DNA of 64,000 nucleotides, from positions 2,558,422 to 2,622,421 of the forward strand of contig NC_092678.1 in the NCBI RefSeq assembly GCF_964355755.1. Reading direction: 5' to 3'. Every line of letters starts with the position of its first letter. The stretch's first letter is position 1. Positions 47,010 to 59,100 of this stretch are shown piece after piece. The position numbers were made by a program, and so were the translations under genes. The notes beneath the pieces are model-generated. The model was not told the DNA's origin. It ran no database searches and saw only the letters and a program-made list of their open reading frames with translations. The stretch comes from Antedon mediterranea. Lineage: Eukaryota > Animalia > Echinodermata.

Positions 47010-48861
47010 ACAACGTCTCGAGCCGAGTCAAACAAATGTTTTGATTCTGCTGTTTTAAAAATTTTAATAACTTTTTTTGCACTAAAAAATAATTAATACT
47101 AATAGCCTAGGCCTAGTGAGACAGGCCTAACCATCTAAATGATAAGCCTACTACCATATATACTATATATTAGGCCTACTACTAATAATAATCCTTCACC
47201 ACAAATCTGTGTGCTTGGTTTTTTCAGAAAAAAAATCATACTCCCAAGCCAAGTCTGCTTCCGGGGTTTTTCCGCATCCGTCTCGTATGACAGTGACCTT
47301 TCTTCCTTTTTATATAGCACACCAAAGCAAGTATGCAGCATACCATACCACCCCACCCCTGCAACAAAAAAGTAACTTACCTTTACATGACGATGACGCA
47401 CCCATTTTAAAATTAATGATGGACCTTTTACTTTTAGAGAGAACATGGCGCACCATGACTGTCTTTTGTGCTAAGTGACGACCATTGACACACCTTTGTT
47501 CATTTGTAAATGTCGCACCTCCCGGGGGAAAATACATCATTTGTAAATGATGCACCTCTCCTGAGGCAAAGTACAATTGACAAGTGCATTAATTGTACAA
47601 GGTAACTGAATTTCTTTCAGATCTTATAATCCAAGGAAAGTCAGGCACAGGGAAAACATGTGTATTTTCCGTGATTGCTCTAGAATCGTTAGACATGTCC
47701 AGCAATGCTTTGCAGGTCCTTATCCTTGCACCAACACGGGAGATTGCTGTCCAGATACAACAGGTAATCTTGGACATTGGTCAGGTGATGGAGAAACTCA
47801 AATGTCATGTGTTTATCGGGGGGACGCTGATTGGTCCAGATAAACAAAATTTGAAGAAATGTCATATTGCAGTTGGAACCCCAGGTGAGATTTTGAAAAA
47901 AACCGAATAAAAGCAGACCAATGGAACAAAAATCACTACTTCTATTTACCGGCAATTTAAGGTGAACAGATCTGTCAGCACATAATACTCTCAGATGTTG
48001 ACTGCCCTCTCTGTAATAGTCTTTGCCATCTATAATAAAAAGGTGCAAGCACTGTGGTATGGACCCAAATCCTTTTCAGCCTTAATGAGGTAGAAAAATG
48101 ACTCTAAATATTTTCTTAAATGTTGTTTTCCAATTTGAGGAGGTAATTTCAAATGAATATTCTAAATAAACAAATGTTTGTTTTATTGCTCATTATAGGA
48201 CGTGTAGGTTTGATGGTTCCAGACTCAATCAGACTGTTTATTCTAGATGAAGCTGATAAGCTACTGGATGACAAATTTCAAAGCCAAATCAAGTAAGTGT
48301 AAAACACTACTTTAAAATATTGTATATATAGTAACTACCGTATATGCTCAGATATAATCCCATTTCCTAATTTAGGCTGTGTTTCGAAATTTCAAATTGC
48401 TAACTTATCAACTGAAGTCATTGATAGCTGGTACAGCTTGTATCATAATTTGTTTTGTTATTGTTAACATAATTAGCTTGTGTCGAAATACGAACTTGGT
48501 TCACTATTAAAAAAAGCAGGGGATTGTCCCCGGTGTTCTGATCTTGGGAGGTAGGCCTGTTGGCTGCTGTGGGTCTGTAGAGGCCTAATCCGAATTTCCT
48601 CAGTTGCAAGTTTGAGGATAACAAATGCCTTTAATTTCCCTTTTTATTTGATTTTATAGTTGGATTTATAATGAGCTGCCATACAGCAAGCAGATTGTGG
48701 CTGCCTCCGCAACTTACCCAGAATACCTTGCGCAACACTTGACAACGTACATGAGAGACGCAACCTTCGTGAGATTAAACCCAAAAGAGATTGCTTTACA
48801 TGGTATTATATCTTGGCTTTCTTTTATGCTTGATAAAAACATTTCAACCAGATTACTGACA

Positions 48862-49050
48862 ACAGAATGCTTAGGACACTTGGCTGTCATACAGAAAGAC
48901 CTGGGTTTATTTCCCAACAACTCTTAGTCTACTCAGCTGTAAATGAGTACTTGGTTGAAAATACTAGGGAGGATAAGGCGGCATGGAAAGGAACTACCCA
49001 CCCTACACATAATTGTAAAATAAGCTCTTAACGCTCATTCCCCTACCTAC
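48862..49050 (+). mobile_element. Degenerate tRNA-derived SINE
   Basis: Decayed tRNA-like head followed by ACTCAGCTGTAAATGAGTAC, a motif reminiscent of conserved SINE cores. Confidence 0.4.
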
Positions 49051-50224
49051 TGCTAAAATCATGTTAATATTGGTCTATTGGTGGTGAAAATCTTGCAGAT
49101 ACCCAGAGGTTTCGTTAGTGGGCGCTATGTTGAAATTGGGGTAGGGTGTGTGATCTAATATGTATATATGTATTCAAATGTTGATTTCTTCACTACTGTT
49201 ACTCATATTTACTTTCCATTTTTTCAGGAATTCGTCAGTATTACAAATTAGTTGAATCTCATGATCTTCCTCATAAGTCGTTTGCTTTAAAGGTCAATGA
49301 TCTTATTGACCTTTTGTCTAATGTGACCTTTCAACAGTGCTTGATCTTCTAAAATTTGCATACAAGGTAACATTTATTTGTATTGATCATTCTGGAATAA
49401 ATTAGTAAATGTGTCTACACTATCAAACTTTATGTGACAAAATAATTTGATGTGCCCATATATGGACATGATGATGTCATATTACTACCATATTTGGGCA
49501 TGTCACTGCCATATTTGGGCACAAATTCGAATTCTAAAGTGCCCGGTGATATACTGAATATAAATTATTTTTATATTTTTTTGAGCTGAAAACCTTTGTG
49601 ATATTCTTTGTCAGAAAGGTTGGCCGAGTATGTTCATCTCTGGAGGGTTAGAACAAAAACAACGTCTTCACGCAATGTCAACGTTTAAGAAGTTTGAATG
49701 CAGAATTCTCATTTCAACTGATCTGGTAAACTATCAAATTTTGTTCAATATCTATTCTTTTGCATACATTGGGTGTTAAACTAGAATTGAGCAATCTATT
49801 ATTTAACCTATTGTCCATTTTGTAAATGTCATTGTTGTGGTTATTTCTGGCAATAAAATTTAAAGTATTTAGCACTCCTAAGCCCTCCAATGCTGGTTAG
49901 TTAGTATTGGGACTGTTATGTTCTGGGGCCTCTGGGTGGTTTGGCCAGTGAGCGCTCATAGCCTAATTACATCCTAGACTATGTTAAACTATGATCTTTC
50001 AGACTGCAAGAGGTATTGACGCTGAGAAGGTGAACCTAGTGATCAATCTGGATGTACCAGTTGATGTCAAAATGTACATGCATCGCATTGGCAGAGCTTT
50101 GGAACCTATGGCGCTTCAATAACACTCGCTAGTTTCGGTAGAGAAGAACTCTTGCTTCACAGCATCCAGAAAGAGTGTCATGTACCTATTCGGCCATTAC
50201 CAGGTTAGCTTACAAATGATTCTT

Positions 50225-50357
50225 AAAATCTGTCTACACTATCAAACTAGTTTGACAAAAAAGTGTGATTTGCCCAAGTATGGTAGTGATATGACATCAT
50301 CATGAGCACATCACATTTTTTTGTCCCATAAAGTTTGATAGTGTAGACAGAGCTTTA
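50225..50357. mobile_element. MITE family A copy
   Basis: TCTGTCTACACTATCAAACT...AGTTTGATAGTGTAGACAGAGCTTT. Confidence 0.8.
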
Positions 50358-53300
50358 CATTATTCCAAAGTGCCTCCAGAATTGTCTGATCAATCTTGTC
50401 CATACAAATGGTTACCTGCTTAGGTCGAAGCACCAACTTCGCTGATTACAGGCTTGTTAAAAATAACCGGGCTAATAAAGTCTTTTAAACATATTTATAT
50501 GGGATTTGCTCTATATGAATTAATACACATTGTATGTTGCAAATGTTACTTTTAAAGTTTACTAGTGTTGGTTCGCCATCTACAACTATGATGAAATTGA
50601 CAAGTTCTTTGTATGAGCACAATGTCTCAACAATTCTACTAATTGCCTCGTCATCATAAAGTTATATCTATGATATCAAGGATTGTAACACTATAGTATA
50701 TTTAACATATTTCCTCAAAGAATTTAAAGGAAAGTAGACCCCAAATTTTGCTCTTATGTGGAGGTTCTGATCTTAAGTTTCTTCATTGTTCTTTCAGATC
50801 CAGTGCCCTCTGACCTTTTAAGTCCAAATGTTGGAGTTGCTGCTATGAAGACAGACGGTGCATCTACTACAACACAAAAATGTGTAGAAAAAGCAGTGAC
50901 CTTAAAACAGTGCAGTACGACGTCAAAAGGAAGTGCATCACCATCCCGCAAAATTTCCGGAGATTCCGCAACCTCTTTTAACGGACACGATTCTTTTCTA
51001 GCAAATGACAATGATTCATCTGGATAAAATTACACCGAATGCTGGTGCTATCCGGAAGATATCATCTTTACAGAAAGTACTGCTTGATGAAGACTGTCAG
51101 ACAATTGACCCAAATTCTGTTTTTAGTATCATAACCTCTGAGATACCATCATTAAAAAAAACTTTAGGCTTGAGAAATCTCCAAAATGGTCGTTTGCAGA
51201 TGCTGTAAAAGACTTTAGACATTTTTTAAGTACAGGTGAGATTGGAAATACAATGATTGAGAATACTAGCTGTAACTCTTATATAAAAAACAATGATTAG
51301 TCAGAACTTCAAGAAGCTAATTCTAAGAAAAGTATTATTTTGGAGCATTGTGACGTAGAAACCAAAGAGAATCAATCAGAAGAAATTAATTTGAATGATA
51401 ACTTCCATATCATGAACGAAACTAAGTCTGAAAATAATTTATTTGTTGAAGAGTCCCCTGGTCCTTGTTTACTTCAGAAGGAATACAGAAAAGATAAAAT
51501 TGAAGAATGTATGTTACCTGTGGAAGAACAAACTTATAAAGCAAATCTTACTTTGTTGAATAAAGAAAAAACAAAATAATTTTCAAAGGAATCTGTTATA
51601 CCTAAAGCTGACTTTTGTCAGAAAAATGTAGATGCTGACAACATTTCAAGGATGTCTGTGGACGCCTTTAAGCTTTTGGTTCCCACACACTTTAGTTGGC
51701 GCAATGCAAGCGAGTTAAATGAGAAGCGGCAATAAATATAAATAATAATGTTTAATATTAATACAACAGAAAGCAAAGCTTGTGGGTGGGTTTAGATTAC
51801 ACAAACTTCTAATTCTATACCCTCTATAACAACAATCAAATTTGAGAAAAATGCTTGTGATAGTAGCCTACTTAGTAGGCTACATGATGATGTCATATCA
51901 TTAACATATTTAATTAGCTTATCACTACCATGTTTGGGCACATCACATCATTATTTGTCAAACTAGTTTGATAGTGTAGATAAAGCTTTATACATTTTCT
52001 CCAAATGTCACGTTTCATCAACTGTTTACTTCAAAGCAATGTTGCCACACAATCGGTTGAAAGGACTTCACACATGAACAACCCACATAAAAAAAAACAG
52101 AGACATAATACTATACTTTAATCATATTTATAATATTTCGAAAACTGTCCAGTTTTTGGCTATGGTTTAATCACGAAATGTTTGTCCTCACTGCACGTCG
52201 CGGTACAACCTCTGATTGGTTTTTTGATTTGCACTCGACATCAATCTTGCAACGGAGATAGTCATGGGTTATATAAAAAGTTCGTAAACCAAATATTTAT
52301 TAAATTATGCCTTATTAAATGTTTTAAAATTTACCTCTGGATCAAAGGGCTATAAAATGTGAAATTTCCAGAGGGCGTCATTAAACTATAAAAGCAGGAA
52401 CCGAGAAAAAAGGGCAGCATTACCGTTTAGAGAGGTGACAATTGTCAATAAGGTAGGCACAATTTTAAAGTAAAATAAAAGCAAGTCGTGGATTATTTTC
52501 GTTCACTTCCATTTGTAATAATAAACATTTATAGGATTATTTATAGAGGCTACATAACTATATTGTTATATCTTTGTAAAATTTGAAGTATGGCTCTACA
52601 TTTATTCGTTTTCTTTCATTAGCGTTCAAAATCGTACATCGACTTTGCCACCTGTATTGTAACAATGGGAATGGGAATTATTCGTTAAGGTGATCATTAC
52701 TATAACCTTTTGCTACGTTTTTATTCTAAGCATACTCTAGCCCTGACGGTCCCTACACAATCCCATGTTATATACAGTTAGCCTACGTAATATTCTTCAT
52801 TATTCTACTATTACTAATTTGCCGAATAATTACAAGCATATTGTTGGTACCTTATTATATTTTTACTCTGGAATACCTAATTTAATCAAAAAGTTTTTTA
52901 ATGCATTTTAATTTTACTTTGCAGCTATTAGGCTACATCAGTTTCCACGATGGATACTGTACCTACGAGTCCAATTGTATCATCGTATTCGGGATTGTCA
53001 ACGCACACGAGTCTGCTAATTTCCAGTTTATTGATCAATATAGTAATGTAATTGTTATAAGACCCTATATACTGTTGTTAGTTTTCGATTTTTGTCTATC
53101 CAATCCAAGTAAACTTTTGTAGTGAAAGTCCTACAGTTAAATTAGTGTTAATGTATATAAGCCCATGAAGTAATTTATAGTTCTTCCATAACCATCCTAA
53201 TTACATGTAGGCCTACATGAATACAGTAAAGATAAAATCGTAACATTTTATATCTTATCTGTTTTGTACTGTATTTGCATTGTATTTCAGTAATAAACGG

Positions 53301-53899
53301 CTACTACCTGTAAGGAAACACATTTCTGTACTCTATGGTAATCATTAATTAAAATAATATTAATTATTTGCCTATCTACAGACGTACCACCATTTTCAAA
53401 ACTCTTTCAATAGGCCTATATTCTAGCAATACTTTCGAATTCCTAAATAACAGTGGACTTTTTTTTTTTAACTTCAGATTACGGACGTAGGCAACGTAAC
53501 ACTTGCAAGTGTATTTAAAATATAGGCCTAGTCTTTAATTTTATTACAATGAATTTTACTGACCGCCGCATACATAGCATATTTATAATAAGCATTTAGC
53601 CTACCATGACTTTCTTTCAATATCAATCCTTTGTGTACAAATGGATTTAAAACATAAAAAAATAAGACTTCAATTGCAATTCCTGCATATTATTTTACCT
53701 TAGGCCTACGTTTGACAAGTTTTCTCGGCGCGGTTGAAATCAACATCATCATTCGCGGTACTATACGTACCATTTATTTGTATCAACAAAATATATATAA
53801 TTATACAGTAATTCTTTCACAAGAATATTTCTATAAACGTATTTGATACAAAACGGGTATGCAATGAGCCGAAGCTCTTAAACGCATTATCCTATAATA

Positions 53900-54470
53900 C
53901 AGATATCTAATTAGCAAATTAATAAAACAATAAAAGTACAAATAGAAATAAAAAGTAAAAGTAACAAAAGTGAACTCTACATTTATTTATTAATAGTAGT
54001 TGTATTTCCTTTCTAAATTTTCCGATTTTAGTTTACACTTTATGTTTTCAGGTAAACGGTGCCAAATATTTGCCCCTCTATAGACAATACTCCTATATTT
54101 GTTCTTTTTAGAGGAATACGGAAATCGCTCTTCTTCTGCGTACCATACTCTTGTACAGATTTCATTTTTGTAAAAAAAGGGTTAAATGAAACTGGTAAAT
54201 TGCCCATACAGAATTGAAACATAAATACAGCAGTGTACTTCTCATACAAGTCAAAAATATTCAATAGGTTTTTGTTATAGAATAAATTTGTTGATGGATG
54301 CGGATAGTGCACTTTACATATAATTCTGATCGCTCCTTTTTCGAAGTATGTATTCTATGTAGCTTCGTTGCCCCCGCAACTCCCCAAATAGTTATTGCAT
54401 ATATTAGGTGAGGTAAAATTACCGAGTTGTACATTATTAACAAAACATGAACAATATATTTAAGTTTCAC
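53900..54470 (-). mobile_element. Degenerate LINE (CR1/L2 clade) ORF2 3' fragment
   Basis: MYNSVILPHLIYAITIWG...HPSTNLFYNKNLLNIFDLY...LPVSFNPFF, typical post-RT region; frameshifted. Confidence 0.75.
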
Positions 54471-54635
54471 ACCCGTCGAAGGAGACGGTTACTATAATGC
54501 TAGTAGAATATCCAATATTATTTCCAAGTATAATGGCATTTTATTTAGATTAAAACAAACACTTGCACCAAACTTTATTTTCTTTGTATCACGCATTAGT
54601 TCTCCCATATTTAAATTACCGTAACCGTAACCAAT

Positions 54636-54930
54636 GTGAGTGAGTGGCCGAGCGGTTAAGACAGTGGAACTATAATTACGTAGCCATAACATCGGCAAGG
54701 GTTCGAGGCTCACTTACTCCATGGTTCTGGTGGTAAAACATAAGGACTATAAACCGTAGGTCCAGTGTACACATCTAGCTCGTGTGCACTTTAAAGAACC
54801 TAGTACATCTTTCGAGACGAGTAGGGGGTTACCCCGGTGTATTAGTACATCACAGCCACTGATCACCAACCACCAACTGGGCCCTCTGGGAGACCAGTCT
54901 TTGACTGAAGAGGTTACCCAGTATAAATAT
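54636..54930 (+). mobile_element. tRNA-derived SINE with Deu-domain-like core
   Basis: Box A TGGCCGAGCGG, box B GGTTCGAGGC; core AAACCGTAGGTCC...TTAAAGAACC...TTCGAGACGAGTAGGGGGTTACCCCGGTGT resembles the DeuSINE conserved domain as recalled. Confidence 0.7.
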
Positions 54931-55819
54931 ATATTTCAATTATTTGGGCAGATGTTATAGGCCTAATCTGAAAATCATTCACTTAGGCCTAAAACAAAAG
55001 AACATAATTAGACTACTCTGTTCAAACTGGCTGGTCCATACTGCACCTTTATTTTTTTAGTTACAAACCTTTATATTAAAACATTCTATGATATTCATAA
55101 ATGACAAAAAGCAATTTTTAAATGTTCAATTTCGTTAATAAAAAAAAGTGATATATAGAGATGATATCATATCACTACCATATTTAAGCATAACACTACC
55201 ATATATGGGAACATCACATTTTTTGACAAATAAAGTTTGATAGTTTAGAAAATGCTTTAAGTTTTAAACCAGTATCGTTATAAATTTTTTTTTTTATGAA
55301 TTTTAAATAGGTTGAATGATAAAAAATCGTTCAAGATCCGCCCGTGAGAGGTATAAAGCTCTCGTTTTGAACCATAAAAATACCAACCTTAAAATTATAT
55401 AAATCATAAAAATGGTAAAAATTAATTACGTGTTTTCCGGGATTATAATAATCATTAGGCTTATTACATTTAATTGCCTAGAAACTGTACTCTTTAGTTA
55501 CCATGCTATACGGACTATCTTCAGAAGGTTCGAAATAGCACTGATCTAACGTTGGTAAATTATCAGGTGAACGTGGCTAGAGTGGTGCAAAACCTTTATT
55601 TCAGGACTGTGATTATGATACTAAATCAAGACAAAAACAAATTTAGGTTTGTTTCGTTTATATACTTTATATATCAAGCATGGATGATGGAGGTATCAAA
55701 ATACGGGATTGCATGAGCACAAAATGGAAAAGCATAGTATAGGCTTTGCCATTTAGTGGCCCTGCTGCAATAATTGTCCACATCCAAACTTCTAGTGCGT
55801 GTTTCTGATGTGTTGTGTG

Positions 55820-55985
55820 CGGCGATTGGCCAGTTCTTGTTAGTTCATGTCGGAGTCACAGTAACAAGAAAGCTGATTGGTTGTACAGGTATTTGTTTGT
55901 GATTGGTCAAAACCACCTGTTGGTGTTGTGTGCGGCGATTGGCCATTTTTTTGTTTCTGATTAGTAAACTGTTTCTGATTGGTCA
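55820..55985 (+). promoter_or_regulatory. Cluster of five inverted CCAAT boxes upstream of the orphan gene
   Basis: GATTGG at about 55825, 55876, 55901, 55937 and 55977, within a partly duplicated TGTTGTGTGCGGCGATTGGCCA unit, ~120 bp before ATG 56105. Confidence 0.55.
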
Positions 55986-56104
55986 AAAGACAACACGTTC
56001 GTTATTTTGCCGCCAAGAATACAAGATCCACTTTTCAATCTTTCCGTCCGCCATTCAACACACCAAAAATAAAAAGATCAAAATCAAAAAATCAAAATCA
56101 AACC

Positions 56105-59100
56105 ATGACTCGATTACAAACGTGAGTATTGTTTAAATCTTATTAATTCAATAGTAAACCTCCTAGGCCCTACTGTTGTCTTTTATAGCAAATGGTTTGC
56201 AATAAATCAAGAAGACTGAGGTTAGTTAGCCGAGACCGTTTGGGTCCATGGGTGCAGATTAGTGTGTACGGTCGGGCCACACTGACACTTTGTGGATTAG
56301 GCATAGACAGCTTGTTCATAATTATTAGAACATATGCTAGCCTAGTTGGGCTAACACAATACCGTTTGGGCCTAAAAAATCTAGCCTACACTTTGTTAAT
56401 TTTATATAAAACTAATATTTTATATATATAAAAGGATCCCAATGAAAATAAGTGATTCTCTTTCTATTAATAATGGTATGTTAAATAGACACATACATGC
56501 TGCCAACACTCCCATTTTAGAAGGCTTATTGAGAGAAATGTGCCTCTTGTTGTTCAGGTTCCTTGTGTCCTAGTATCAACAACGACGGTTTCTAGTCAGA
56601 TGGGGTAACTGTTTATCGGATAGTTTCCCAGTTACAAATGGTGTAAGGCAAGGGGGTGTAATGTCTCCTCTATTATACAATATATATGTTGACACTCTCA
56701 GTACGTCTCTTGGTAAAAGTAGATATGGATGTTATTTTAACAATGCATGTTTTAATCATTTATGCTATGCTGATGATTTGGTTGTGTTAGCTCCCTCTGC
56801 CTCAGGCCTTCAAAAACTGGTTAACACGTGTGTAGGTTTTTGCATGATATTATTTATAATAATAAAACTTAGACTCATATCCTAGCCTAACATGTGCTTC
56901 CAGTTTTCCATATTTTCTCCCGGATTACAAATATAACTGACCATCTGTGGTTATAATTGTTTGATTTGACAGAAAGGGGATTCCTCTCACAAGATCTTTG
57001 TTACCTCTCGATAATAGATAGAGGGCGCATTTGACCTTTCAAAAAACACCACCTATTAATTGATGCATGGTCTATAATAACAGGTACAAGGTACACATTT
57101 ATCAGCCATGTCTTTTTTAAAATAAAACACTATTTTAAATTTTTCTGCAACCCGACGGATCGTTTTTATCATTATGAAATATTTAGCATCCCCCCCCCCC
57201 CCACCTGATTTATAATGCTGGATCCGCCCCTGAATAATATAAATGTATCTATGCCTAGGCTTCTGTGATTGTTGTATTTTAAACAATTTATATATCATGG
57301 TAGCACATCCCTTAAAAACTCGCATTGTATATTTTTTTTAAAATAAATGCAAACGTCTAAAAAAATATATTAACCCCATGAAAACCAAATAAAAGCGATT
57401 AAACCCTGTAGTGTATGATTTGAATGTAAATTCAACAAATTATTAATTAATGGTCTATTTTTAGGGTAAAACCGCATTTTTTAGTGAAAATAATAATTGT
57501 TAAACTCTGCAAACCTCAAAACACATACACATCCCATGAAAGCCAAATAAAATCAATAAAATCCTGTATTGCATAAATTGAATTGTATGTAAATTCAACA
57601 AATTATAATTTGTTGTTGTTTGGACAACCTATTTTTGGGGTGAAACATCATTTTTTTGGTTAAAAATAATTGTTAAACTCTGCAAACCTCAAAACACATA
57701 CACATCCCATGAAAACCAAATAAAATCAATTAAATCCTGTATTGCATTAATTGAATTGTATGTAAATTAAAAAAATTATAATTTGTTGTTGTTTGGACAA
57801 CCTATTTTTGGGTGTAAAACATCATTTTTTGGTTAAAAATAATTGTTAAACTCTGTAAACCTCAAAAACACATAGGCATCCCATGAAAACCAATTAAAAG
57901 TAATTAAATACTAGTAGTGTATGAATTGAATTGTATGTAAATTCAATAAATTATAATTTTGTTGTTGTTTTAACAACCTAGTTTTGGTGAAAAATAATTA
58001 TTAAACTCTGCAAACCTAAAAAACACAGACGTCCCATGAAAACAAAATAAAAGCAATTACATCCTGTACTGTATGAATTGAATTGTATATGAATTCAACA
58101 AATTATTGACTGTAAAGTAACAACCTATTTTATGGGGTAAAACATCGTTTTTTTGGTATAAATAATTGTTTAACCGATCAAACCTAAAAAAAAACCAGAA
58201 AACCAATTAAAGCAATAAAATCATGTAGTTTTTTTGTTCTTTTAAAAACCTATTTTTGAGGTAAAACATCATTTTTTTTCTTTAAAATAATTGTTAAACT
58301 CTGTAAACCTCAAAAACACATAGGCATCCCATGAAAACCAATTAAAAGTAATTAAATACTAGTAGTGTATGAATTGAATTGTATGTAAATTCAATAAATT
58401 ATAATTTTGTTGTTGTTTTAACAACCTAGTTTTGGTGAAAAATAATTATTAAACTCTGCAAACCTAAAAAACACAGACGTCCCATGAAAACAAAATAAAA
58501 GCAATTACATCCTGTACTGTATGAATTGAATTGTATATGAATTCAACAAATTATTGACTGTAAAGTAACAACCTATTTTATGGGGTAAAACATCGTTTTT
58601 TTGGTATAAATAATTGTTTAACCGATCAAACCTAAAAAAAAACCAGAAAACCAATTAAAGCAATAAAATCATGTAGTTTTTTTGTTCTTTTAAAAACCTA
58701 TTTTTGAGGTAAAACATCATTTTTTTTCTTTAAAATAATTGTTAAACTCTGCAAACCTCAAAAACACATAGGCATCCCATGAAAACCAATTAAAAGTAAT
58801 TAAATACTAGTAGTGTATGAATTGAATTGTATGTAAATTCAATAAATTATAATTTTTTGTTGTTTTAACAACCTAGTTTTGGTGAAAAATAATGATTAAA
58901 CTCTGCAAACCTAAAAAACACAGACGTCCCATGAAAACAAAATAAAAGCAATTACATCCTGTACTGTATGAATTGAATTGTATATGAATTCAACAAATTA
59001 TTGACTGTGAAGTAACAACCTATTTTTTGGGGTAAAACATCGTTTTTTTGGTATAAATAATTGTTTAACCGATCAAACCTAAAAAACCTCAGAAAACCAA

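Larger units (their letters stand above)
45878..51735 (+). pseudogene. DDX20: DEAD-box helicase DDX20 (Gemin3) unprocessed pseudogene
   Basis: Exons 45878-46118 (RTDDV...[16 protein letters not shown]), 47621-47884 ([16 protein letters not shown]), 48199-48292 (DEAD), 48660-48802 (SATYP), 49228-49366, 49584-49725, 50003-50203 (ARGID, HRIGRA), 50798 onward. Lesions: exon-1 indels with TAG-containing insertion, TAA at 49350, acceptor AG>TG at 49582, deletion/frameshift in motif VI near 50098, several stops in the last exon. Confidence 0.88.

Noticed and set aside
46258-47096. ORFs with LRNFKLRK repeats
   Set aside because: Translations of the palindromic foldback element.
52180-53500. Possible promoter (inverted CCAAT, TATAAAA) with small exons
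   Set aside because: No coherent reading frame or homology could be assembled; these motifs are common in AT-rich DNA.
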